Assembly: GCA_965223325.1 (NCBI GenBank)
Contig: CBDCWI010000001.1
Location: 1,280,001 to 1,344,000, forward strand
Direction: 5' to 3'
From: Candidatus Multivoradales bacterium
Lineage (GTDB): Bacteria > Acidobacteriota > Thermoanaerobaculia > Multivoradales > Multivoraceae
DNA: 64,000 bases
Below the pieces are notes generated by a model. That model was not told the origin of the DNA, ran no database searches, and worked only from the letters and a program-made list of their open reading frames with translations. A program made the translations under genes and the position numbers. Shown here one piece after another: positions 38,085 through 46,453 of this stretch (positions are counted from its first letter, which is position 1; each line of letters starts with the position of its first letter).

Positions 38085-38701
38085 ATGAGCACCATGAGCA
38101 TGACCACGGCCACTCCCACGATCCCGAGGAGCCAGCGATCCGCGCCGAAGCAATCGAATCCCTGTTGATTGAGAAAGGGCTGGTGGCAGCACCTGCGATC
38201 GACGCCATCATCGCCCGCTACGAGAACGACATCGGCCCCATGAACGGCGCCCGTGTCGTCGCCCGGGCGTGGACCGATCCTGCTTTCAAGAAGCGCCTGC
38301 TCGAGGACGGGACCGCAGCCGTCGCCGACTTCGGCTTCGAAGGCGGCGGCCAGATGGACTGCTTGGTGGTCAAGGAGAACACGCCCAGCGTTCACAACGT
38401 CGTCTGCTGCACGCTCTGCTCCTGCTATCCGTGGGCGGTGCTCGGATTGCCGCCGGCCTGGTACAAGGACCCTGCCTATCGCTCACGGATCGTGCGCGAG
38501 CCGCGTCGGGTGCTTGCTGAAATGGGCCTGGCGATCGACCCGCAAGTGGCGGTGCGGGTCTGGGACTCGAGCGCCGAGGTGCGTTACCTGGTGCTACCCG
38601 AACGACCCGCTCTGACCGCCGATTGGAACGAAGAGCAGCTCGCCGAGATCATCACTCGCGACGCGATGATCGGCGTCGCCCATGTAACAACGGCATCGTG
38701 A
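38081..38701 (+). CDS. nthA: Nitrile hydratase alpha subunit, cobalt type
   Basis: [15 protein letters not shown]; metal site CTLCSCYPW (Thr/Tyr indicates Co type); [10 protein letters not shown]; His-rich N-terminus. Confidence 0.97.
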   Translation: MNEHHEHDHGHSHDPEEPAIRAEAIESLLIEKGLVAAPAIDAIIARYENDIGPMNGARVVARAWTDPAFKKRLLEDGTAAVADFGFEGGGQMDCLVVKENTPSVHNVVCCTLCSCYPWAVLGLPPAWYKDPAYRSRIVREPRRVLAEMGLAIDPQVAVRVWDSSAEVRYLVLPERPALTADWNEEQLAEIITRDAMIGVAHVTTAS

Positions 38702-39054
38702 GCGGGCCCGCCAACAGAACCGCCGGCGGCCTGACCGTGTCAGGACCCGCTGCACCGCCGCGCCAAAACGGCGAGCTGATGTTCGAAGCCCCTTGGGAGA
38801 GCCGCACCTTCGGACTCGCCGCAGCCCTGGTCGAGAGCGGTGTCTTGACCTGGCCTCAGATGCAAGAGGCGTTGATTGCCGAGATCGCCCGCTGGGAGGC
38901 CTCAGACGACAGCACGTGTGGCCCTTGGCACTACTGGACGTGCTGGCAGCGCGCGCTCGAAACGCTGTTGGTGGAGCTAGACCTTCTCCCCGCGACAGCG
39001 GTTACCGAGCGCGCCGTGCACTTTGCCAACCGCCCGCATGGTCACGACCACTGA
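38698..39054 (+). CDS. Nitrile hydratase accessory/activator protein
   Basis: [19 protein letters not shown]; [10 protein letters not shown]; C-terminal PHGHDH; GTGA overlap with nthA. Confidence 0.9.
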   Translation: MSGPANRTAGGLTVSGPAAPPRQNGELMFEAPWESRTFGLAAALVESGVLTWPQMQEALIAEIARWEASDDSTCGPWHYWTCWQRALETLLVELDLLPATAVTERAVHFANRPHGHDH

Positions 39055-39086
39055 GCACGATCACCGGAGAGGCCGGACAGGGGCCT

Positions 39087-39881
39087 TCACGATCCGACGT
39101 TCGCCGACCACAGGCCGAGGTCGCCGGTCTCGAAGTCGTTGCCCCACAGGCAGTCGCCGACGCTGAAGTTCGATCCGAAGTTGATGGTGAAGGTCGCTGC
39201 GCCCGGGGTCAGGGCGTAGTCGGCTGTGTTCTCGGTGCTCATGGCATTGGCCGCGCCCTGAAACTCGAGCGCCTGGTTGGTCGACGAAGGGAGGGGTCCA
39301 GGAAACGCCATGCCGAAGTCGCCATCGTCATCGTTGGTCAGAAGACCACTGTTCGAACCCGTGTAGTGAGCACCACCCCACGCCAGCGACCAATAGACAC
39401 TGCCGTTCTTTTCGAAGGTGAGCCGCCCGGCTCTCAGGTAGTCAGCGGGAATTGGCGTCTCGAGGAAAAAGTCGGCCAGGGCACCTCCGACCATCAGGTT
39501 CATGTCGACTGTGAGAATGCGCGAGCCGGCACTCGCACCACTCACGTCGTCTCCGAACACCACCAGCACGACCGGATTCAAGCCAAGCGCGTCGTAGGCG
39601 ACCAACCGGGTCCCGGTGATTTCGTTCTGCCCGCCCGAGCGCATGCGCAGCTGAATGACCTGCTGCGTGGTGTCGCCACAAATGCCGCCAATCGCCTGCT
39701 CGATCTGCATCAGGTGAAACGACGCGTGCGCCGTCGGGGGAATCGAGGCCAGAGACACAAGAAAGAGGGCGTGCAAACAGAGGGTGGCTAGCGCTTTGCG
39801 ATTCAATCGAGTTCTCCCGGTTGTTCCCTCATCGAGGCTACTCCTACCACCGACGGGCTCGCGCAGGCGGCGGCTCGCCAA
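39087..39881 (-). CDS. Secreted hypothetical protein with C-terminal FExGDL..WS tail (start uncertain)
   Basis: Signal peptide ending AHA-SFHLMQI; tail LWGNDFETGDLGLWS. Confidence 0.7.
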   Translation of the reverse strand: MASRRLREPVGGRSSLDEGTTGRTRLNRKALATLCLHALFLVSLASIPPTAHASFHLMQIEQAIGGICGDTTQQVIQLRMRSGGQNEITGTRLVAYDALGLNPVVLVVFGDDVSGASAGSRILTVDMNLMVGGALADFFLETPIPADYLRAGRLTFEKNGSVYWSLAWGGAHYTGSNSGLLTNDDDGDFGMAFPGPLPSSTNQALEFQGAANAMSTENTADYALTPGAATFTINFGSNFSVGDCLWGNDFETGDLGLWSANVGS

Positions 39882-39959
39882 GAGTACCCCCGGTGTAGCC
39901 TCGGGACAGTCTTTGTCCCAGGCAGTTGTAGGGTTGCACAGCCCTGAGGAAACGGGCTG

Positions 39960-40733
39960 CTAGCCACTCGCCGAGCGCGCCGCGAGTGACTGACGGCCCG
40001 CGGCGACGATGGCACCCCGCTGGTTCTCAACCAGGACCACGACAGCGAGTGCAGCCATTTGCCAGCTTGGCTCGGTCGGCAACTCCGCTCTGACCGTCTC
40101 CGAGAGGCGGCGCTCGACTAGCGAACGCACAACGTGGTCATGTCGCAATTCGCGCCGGCTGTTTTCTCCGCTCGCGACCGCGGTTTCGAGCCCCGACTCG
40201 GTGACCGCCAGCAGAACTCGATGCGAAGTGTCGGAGAGCGCCGGGGGAACATCGACGCGCACTTCTAGTCTCGATTCGCTGCCCTCGGCCAACGCAACTT
40301 CGACCTCGAGTGCGACCAACCCCTGCTCTCCCTCGAGCGCGCGCTCGAGGGAAGCTCGATCGGAGCCCACGAAGTGTCGTAAACCGTTGACCACCAGCTG
40401 CGGCGTGTAGAGACGCCCACCGGCTAGCCGCCGAGCGTAGGCCTCCTGGCGGCCCGACCAACGAGCATCCGAGAAGGGATCCCGCCACCCGAGGTGGTTC
40501 CAATAATCGACGTGGAACGAGAGTGCGATCACCTTCGGCTGCTCCCCCACCGCCCGCAAGAGTCGATCGGCGGGCGGACAACTCGAGCAACCCTGGGAGG
40601 TGAAGAGCTCGAGAACAATCGGGCCACCCTCCGCTCGACCTTCGGAGAGGAGAGGTGCCCCTGGAGCCATCGTGGCCATCAGGAGCCCTAGCGCTGCGCC
40701 CATGGTGAGCAGAATCGATATTGCGGTCTTCAT
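39960..40733 (-). CDS. DUF1223 thioredoxin-fold secreted protein
   Basis: ELFTSQGCSSCPPAD; FHVDYWNHLGWRDPFS; YTPQLVVNG; signal peptide from MKTAIS. Confidence 0.93.
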   Translation of the reverse strand: MKTAISILLTMGAALGLLMATMAPGAPLLSEGRAEGGPIVLELFTSQGCSSCPPADRLLRAVGEQPKVIALSFHVDYWNHLGWRDPFSDARWSGRQEAYARRLAGGRLYTPQLVVNGLRHFVGSDRASLERALEGEQGLVALEVEVALAEGSESRLEVRVDVPPALSDTSHRVLLAVTESGLETAVASGENSRRELRHDHVVRSLVERRLSETVRAELPTEPSWQMAALAVVVLVENQRGAIVAAGRQSLAARSASG

Positions 40734-40888
40734 GGAGCCTCTGGTCGAGCACGGGTCAGGGTGATTGTGCGGCTCGGGGTTCAAACATCGGTACGCATTC
40801 GAAGAGCCTGTGGATTCGAGAGGCGCTTGATCCCATGCGCGAAAGGCCTCGATGCATCTTCGAATCGTCGAATAAAATGACGAGTCGG

Positions 40889-42856
40889 ATGAGAGATCAC
40901 CGCCCACAGCGACCTCCTGGCAAGAACGAGCACCCTTCTCCCGCGACCGGCCGAGCGATACGCGCGATCGCACGCCTGGTGCTCCTCCTGGCGCTCGGGA
41001 TGGCAACGACGACCAGCGCAACGGTTCCTCCCGCCACCGACTGGCAGCGGCTCGACACACCGCATTTCAGCTTTCTCTCCGACGCTTCACCCGCAGTGCT
41101 CGAGAGGTTGGCGATCGATCTCGAGACTCTCCATCAGGCCTTCTCCGAGCTCCAACCAGGAGGTGCACGGCCGGTACCACAAACGACGATCTTCGCCTTT
41201 CGTAACGACGCCTCGTTCACCCCCTTCAAGTCACTCGACAATTCCGGACGTCCCGCGCGCATCAAGGGCTACTACCTCGAGCAACCTTTCGGCGCCTACC
41301 TGGCGATCAACGGCGATCCGCGGTCAGAACCACGCGAAACGCTGCTCCATGAGTACCTCCACGGGTTCGTTGAGAACTCGCTGCCTGGCATGCCGCTGTG
41401 GGTCAACGAAGGTCTGGCGGAGTTCTACAGCACCTTCCGGGTGCGTCCGGACGGCGTGGCCGAAATCGGTCAGCCTGACCACGACTGGGTCGAGGTCCTC
41501 CGTCGCAGCGAGCTCCTGCCGCTCGAGACCATGCTCGACGCTGACCGCCACTCGGATCTCTACCGCGGCGGCAGCCACAGCGACGGTGAGCGCAGGCTGT
41601 TCTACGCCCAATCCTGGCTGATGATGCACTGGGTACTCGCCGGCGAGGTCGATCGCCAGTTCCAACTCGCCGCCTACCTCAACGAGGTCGAACAAGGCAG
41701 CTCGACCCTCGATGCCTTCGAAACCGCCTTCGAACTCGATTGGCGTACCTTCGACATCGAGCTCGAGGACTACGTCCGTGTCGGCCGCTTCCGATTCTTC
41801 GAGCGCCCTACGGAACGCTCAGCCACCGATGGTTTCACCTGGCAGCGTCCTCCGCGCGACGATGTACTCACCGCACTCGGGTTTCTGTTGACCTTCCAAC
41901 GCGGTAGCCGCAGTACCGAGGCGCGCGAACTCTTCGAGGCCGCGCTCGGCTTTGACTTCACCAACCCCCATGCAATCGCTGGCCTCGGTTTGCTGGCCGA
42001 ACGCTCCGGCAACCAGGACGACGCGCTCTCGCGATACCGCGACGCAGCGCGAAAGGCGCCTGCCGAACCGACCATCCAGTTCCTGCTCGGGCAGCTCCTG
42101 GTGCGCGACACCGCGCGCCTCGCCGAGGCATCGCCGGGGACCTATCTCGCCGATGATCCCGGCCTGCTCGAAGGCCGTCGAGCCCTCCAGCTGGCCGTGC
42201 GCGGTGAGCCCGAGCTGGCGCAAGCGTGGGCAGCTCTGGGACTGTCGTGGATGTTTGCCGAACCCGCCGACGAGCGCGGTCTCGAGGCGCTCGGGCGCGC
42301 CTGGGAGCTGGCGCCGGGCGACACGGCCGTCCTACATCACCTGGCCGTGCTTTCCGCTCGTCTCGACCGCTATCAGGAAGCCCGTTCGTGGACCGAGGGC
42401 TATCAGGCCAGGATCGCCGAGCCGGAAGTGCTCAGAAGAACTCGCAAGGCCGTAGCGCTCACGATGCTCAAACGCGGGGTGGCGCTGGGTCGCCCTCCCG
42501 ACCAGAACGCTGTGGCCGACCTTCACGACCCCGTCGCCGATGAGCGACTCGAAACCGCGGTCACCGTCATTCAGCTGGCGCTCGCGGGCGTCCCCGATCT
42601 CGACCTGCGCGACGAGCTACGGCCCGAGGCCTCGCGCATCCAAGTCGCCCTCGAGCATGACCGGCTGAGCGAGCGCTACCGCGCTGCGGTCACAGCCGCC
42701 AACGGTGGCGAACGCCGTGCCGCGAACGCCGAGCTGCGCGACGTGCTCGAGCGCATTGACGAGCTCGAGGACGATCATGGCGGCCAGACGCCTCTCGACG
42801 TTCTGGAGGGGCTGACCGAAGCGGTTCGGGAAGCTGTCGAGGCGACCAACCGCTGA
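40889..42856 (+). CDS. DUF1570/peptidase MA-like zinc metalloprotease domain plus TPR protein
   Basis: Signal-like segment; LLHEYLH...PLWVNEGLAEFY; FYAQSW; TPR C-terminal half. Confidence 0.8.
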   Translation: MRDHRPQRPPGKNEHPSPATGRAIRAIARLVLLLALGMATTTSATVPPATDWQRLDTPHFSFLSDASPAVLERLAIDLETLHQAFSELQPGGARPVPQTTIFAFRNDASFTPFKSLDNSGRPARIKGYYLEQPFGAYLAINGDPRSEPRETLLHEYLHGFVENSLPGMPLWVNEGLAEFYSTFRVRPDGVAEIGQPDHDWVEVLRRSELLPLETMLDADRHSDLYRGGSHSDGERRLFYAQSWLMMHWVLAGEVDRQFQLAAYLNEVEQGSSTLDAFETAFELDWRTFDIELEDYVRVGRFRFFERPTERSATDGFTWQRPPRDDVLTALGFLLTFQRGSRSTEARELFEAALGFDFTNPHAIAGLGLLAERSGNQDDALSRYRDAARKAPAEPTIQFLLGQLLVRDTARLAEASPGTYLADDPGLLEGRRALQLAVRGEPELAQAWAALGLSWMFAEPADERGLEALGRAWELAPGDTAVLHHLAVLSARLDRYQEARSWTEGYQARIAEPEVLRRTRKAVALTMLKRGVALGRPPDQNAVADLHDPVADERLETAVTVIQLALAGVPDLDLRDELRPEASRIQVALEHDRLSERYRAAVTAANGGERRAANAELRDVLERIDELEDDHGGQTPLDVLEGLTEAVREAVEATNR

Positions 42857-43051
42857 TTCTTGGGTAACGGAGAGCCGCCTCAGCCTCGTGGGACGTCTGC
42901 CAACGGGCTGCTAGTGTCCGGCACTCACCATGCGCACCGAGAGCTATGCAAGGGCCTGTGCCGGCGGAGTAAGATCAGCCGAAACGCGTCCCCTCGATTC
43001 CAAAGCAGGGCCCTCAGCTGGCCCGCCGACACGCCACCGGAGAGCCTCCCG

Positions 43052-43624
43052 ATGTCCGACAACGATACTTTCCGCGCCCGCGAGAAAGCTCTCGAAGATC
43101 TGTTCTTCGACAAACAGAATCGCGAACTCATCGAGCGCCATCGTGAAGAGCGCAAGCACCTCGAAGAACGGGCCGCTCTCGAGCAGGCGACGGGCATCGA
43201 AGACGAGCAGGTGCTCGACGACATGCTGAGTATCAATGTCACCGCCGAGTCGCTGTCGGCCCTGCGCCTATACCCGATGGTGGTTGTCGCCTGGGCCGAC
43301 AAATCAATGGACGAGCGCGAACGGCGGGCGATTCTGCGCGCTGCGCACAAGAGCGGAATCGACGAGGGCAGCGCCGCCGCCGAGCTGCTCACCTCGTGGA
43401 TGCTCCACCAGCCCGGAGAAGAGGTTCACACCGCCTGGTGTGAGTTCATCGAGAGCTTGCGCGGCGCCCTCAGCCCCGAGGCCTTCGAGACCCTGCGCAA
43501 GCAGATCTTCCTCCAGGTTCGCGACGTCTCCGAGGCAGCCGGCGGTTTTCTCGGACTGGCATCGATCTCGGCTGCCGAGGAGGTGGCGATCTCGGACCTC
43601 GAGAAGGTGTTCGAAGGCGGCTGA
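43052..43624 (+). CDS. Conserved hypothetical protein: IF1/zeta-like N-terminal helix plus TerB-like domain
   Basis: FRAREKALEDLFF; VAWADKSMDERERRAI; AAGGFLGL..IS..E. Confidence 0.7.
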   Translation: MSDNDTFRAREKALEDLFFDKQNRELIERHREERKHLEERAALEQATGIEDEQVLDDMLSINVTAESLSALRLYPMVVVAWADKSMDERERRAILRAAHKSGIDEGSAAAELLTSWMLHQPGEEVHTAWCEFIESLRGALSPEAFETLRKQIFLQVRDVSEAAGGFLGLASISAAEEVAISDLEKVFEGG

Positions 43625-43820
43625 CCACCCCGAGGGGGGATTCTCCGTATGACGCGGTGGTCCAGGATCACCTTCGGTACACTCCCCCTTCAACACCAGC
43701 AACCGACCGCAACGCGCCCGGTGGGAATCGGAGGCGCAGGCTCGCCTGCGTTCGAAACTCCGCTCGCATGCCCGAGCGAACGCGTCGGATGGCACAACTA
43801 CTGGGAACCAGGGGGGCGTC

Positions 43821-44582
43821 ATGAAGGACCTGTTTGACCTCAGCGGGAAGGTGGCGATCGTCACCGGCTCGAGTAAAGGAATTGGCCGAGCGATTGCCGA
43901 GGGAATGGCTGCGCACGGCGCTCGGGTCGTCATCTCCAGCCGCAAGGGTGATCTCTGCGAAGAAGTCGCAAGCGGTATTCGAAACGAGGGCTTCGAAGCC
44001 ATCGCCATTCCCTGCAACATTTCACACAAGGAACAGCTCGAGCACCTGGTCTCGCAGACCCGCGAGCAGCTCGGGGCGATCGACATCCTGGTCTGCAACG
44101 CTGCCGTCAACCCCTACTATGGCGGCTCGCTCGAGTGCCCCGACTCGGCCTTCGACAAGGTGATGGACGTCAACATCAAGAGCAACCACTGGCTGTGCCA
44201 GCTGGTCATGCCGGAGATGGTCGAGCGAAAGGACGGCGCAGTCATCATCGTGTCGTCGATCGGCGGGCTCAACGGCAGCCCGGTCCTCGGGGCGTACTGC
44301 ATCTCGAAGGCCGCCGACATGCAACTGGCCCGCAACCTGGCGGTCGAGTACGGCCCCCACAACATCCGCGTCAACTGCATTGCACCGGGCCTCGTCAAGA
44401 CCGACTTCGCCCGCGCCCTGTGGGAGAACCCCGACCTCGCCGAAGCGCGCGAACGAGACACTCCGCTGCGGCGGCTCGGTGAGCCCGAAGACCTCGCCGG
44501 TATCGCGATCTACCTCGCGTCACGGGCCGGCGCGTGGACGACCGGACAGACGTTCGTGGTCGATGGCGGAGTGTGCGCCTGA
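43821..44582 (+). CDS. Short-chain dehydrogenase/reductase
   Basis: TGSSKGIG; CNAA; YCISK; IAPGLVKT; VVDGG. Confidence 0.95.
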   Translation: MKDLFDLSGKVAIVTGSSKGIGRAIAEGMAAHGARVVISSRKGDLCEEVASGIRNEGFEAIAIPCNISHKEQLEHLVSQTREQLGAIDILVCNAAVNPYYGGSLECPDSAFDKVMDVNIKSNHWLCQLVMPEMVERKDGAVIIVSSIGGLNGSPVLGAYCISKAADMQLARNLAVEYGPHNIRVNCIAPGLVKTDFARALWENPDLAEARERDTPLRRLGEPEDLAGIAIYLASRAGAWTTGQTFVVDGGVCA

Positions 44583-44594
44583 CGGACGCCCGCT

Positions 44595-44639
44595 AGGCCC
44601 CAGCGCTGGCTCCCCACCGGGGGCTGCCGGCTGGGGCCT
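44595..44639. terminator. GC-rich hairpin after the SDR gene (terminator-like or processing hairpin, no U tract)
   Basis: AGGCCCCAGC (44595-44604) pairs with GCTGGGGCCT (44630-44639). Confidence 0.4.
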
Positions 44640-44668
44640 GCGGTCGCTGCCCGCTCTACACCGTCGTC

Positions 44669-46453
44669 ATGTCAAGCCGGGGGAAAGCCAATGCCGAGCC
44701 AGAGCGGCGCGAGCGTGGCCTCTATCGTCTGGCCCTGGGAGTCCCATTGGCGCTCTTGGCTGCCGGGGTCCTCTTGACGACCAGGCCACAGGTCTGGCCC
44801 GGACCGTTCGGTGACGAGGCCACTTACCTCATGGCGGCCGAGAGCCTGGCCTTCGACTTCGACTTTCGCTATACCCAGGCCGACCGGAGCCGATACGTCG
44901 AGCGCAACGGTCATCAGCCAGAAGGGCTGATCCTGCAGAGCCCCGACGGCGGCAAGCGCCTGATCTATGCCAAGCCGGTGGTCTACCCACTGGCCATCGC
45001 ACCGTTCGTGCGCCTGGGTGGAGTCCGTGGCGCGCTGTTCGCCAACTTTCTCTTCCTGGTGCTCGCCGGCTGGCTGGCGGCGAAACGCCTGGAGCGACGG
45101 CTGGGAGAGGCGGCGTGGCCGCTGGTCTCGGTCGCGATCTTCGCTTCGGTGATGTTCGCCCATGTCTTCTGGATCCATGCCGACCTCTTCTATGCCTGCC
45201 TGGTTGCGATTGGCCTGGCTCTTTCGCTCGACCGCGAACGCACCGACGGAGACCAGCCGGAAGTGACGTTCGTCTCGCGCCTCGGCGTTGCCTGTCTTAT
45301 CCTGGTGGCCTTTGCGCGACCGTTCTACGCCACGCTTCTTCTCGCTCCCTTCCTCTTCGCACTCGGGCGCGGGCGCTCGCCGCGCACCCTTTTTGCCCCT
45401 GCGCTGGTCGTGCTCGCCGCGCTGGTGACCTGGAACATTCTGGTGCGCGAGAACTGGACCAGCTACTCGGGAGAGCGCCAGGGCTATTACCAGCACACCG
45501 GCTTCCCCGGCGATACCAACGCCGCCACTTGGAACGAGCGACTGGAGGCACGAGGAGCGAACCGCTGGGGAGCTTCGGAAGCGCTGCGTCAGGGCTTCGA
45601 CCTGCGGCAGTTCGCCTGGAACTTGATCTATCTACCCCTCGGGCAAACCGTCGGTCTCCTGCCCTACTTCATGCCCGGTCTGCTCTGTTTGCTCCTGCTG
45701 CGCTCCGGCGAGGTTCGAGTCACCCTGGTCGTCCTGGTTCTAGCGGCGACCCTGGCATTCGTGATCGTGCGCCCGTTCAATTTCTGGGGCGGCGGTGGCT
45801 CGATGGGAAACCGCTACTTTCTGCCGCTCTACCCGGCGCTGTGGTTCACGGTCGGCGCCATCGCGAACGGCCGCCGCGTGCTCCTGGCGAGCGGCGCGAC
45901 GGCCCTGGCGGCGAGCCTCTTCCTTTTCCCGACCTGGCTGCGCCCCGACGCCTACCCTCGCTCAGACGAAGGCGGCTACCCGTGGGTTTCGGGGTTCGCA
46001 CGCATGCTGCTCCCCTATGAGACGACCCAGAGCCATCTCAAGCCGGCGGGGCGCGAAGACTTCCTTCACGGCGCCTTGTGGATCAAACCCCTGCGACCCG
46101 GAACCCGCCCGGCCCAGGAGAACGATCAGGGAAGCCCAATCGTCTGGAACAAGCAGAAGCCGGGGCGTCTCCTGGTCGGTTCCCGACATCCGCTCGAGCA
46201 GCTCGTGTTGCGCTTGAGCGAGGCCGACGTCGGCCTTCGCGGCGGCCGCGTGATCGAGCGCCAGGCAGCGCAAGACGGCGCCGAGCAGGTCACGCTGGAG
46301 CCCAGGGTGCGAGCTAAGCACCCCATGTGGTGGACTGCCGATGACCTGTTTCTGTACTCGATTGGCTTCACCCACCGTTCTGACAGCGATCTCGAATCGC
46401 TCACCGTCTACATCACGCCGCACGAAGCACAGGCCGAGGGAGCACCTCTGTGA
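44669..46453 (+). CDS. Polytopic membrane protein, putative GT-C fold glycosyltransferase (paralog A)
   Basis: GDEATY acidic pair after TM1; about 11-13 TM helices; WGGGGSMGNRYF; C-terminal soluble domain. Confidence 0.65.
   Translation: MSSRGKANAEPERRERGLYRLALGVPLALLAAGVLLTTRPQVWPGPFGDEATYLMAAESLAFDFDFRYTQADRSRYVERNGHQPEGLILQSPDGGKRLIYAKPVVYPLAIAPFVRLGGVRGALFANFLFLVLAGWLAAKRLERRLGEAAWPLVSVAIFASVMFAHVFWIHADLFYACLVAIGLALSLDRERTDGDQPEVTFVSRLGVACLILVAFARPFYATLLLAPFLFALGRGRSPRTLFAPALVVLAALVTWNILVRENWTSYSGERQGYYQHTGFPGDTNAATWNERLEARGANRWGASEALRQGFDLRQFAWNLIYLPLGQTVGLLPYFMPGLLCLLLLRSGEVRVTLVVLVLAATLAFVIVRPFNFWGGGGSMGNRYFLPLYPALWFTVGAIANGRRVLLASGATALAASLFLFPTWLRPDAYPRSDEGGYPWVSGFARMLLPYETTQSHLKPAGREDFLHGALWIKPLRPGTRPAQENDQGSPIVWNKQKPGRLLVGSRHPLEQLVLRLSEADVGLRGGRVIERQAAQDGAEQVTLEPRVRAKHPMWWTADDLFLYSIGFTHRSDSDLESLTVYITPHEAQAEGAPL

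Noticed and set aside
36354-38192. Apparent 612-aa MBL fusion
   Set aside because: The N-terminal half is antisense to nthB/nthA; a signal peptide begins near 37334.
43725-43790. tRNA suggested by GTTCGAAAC
   Set aside because: No T-stem pairing, cloverleaf or acceptor stem.
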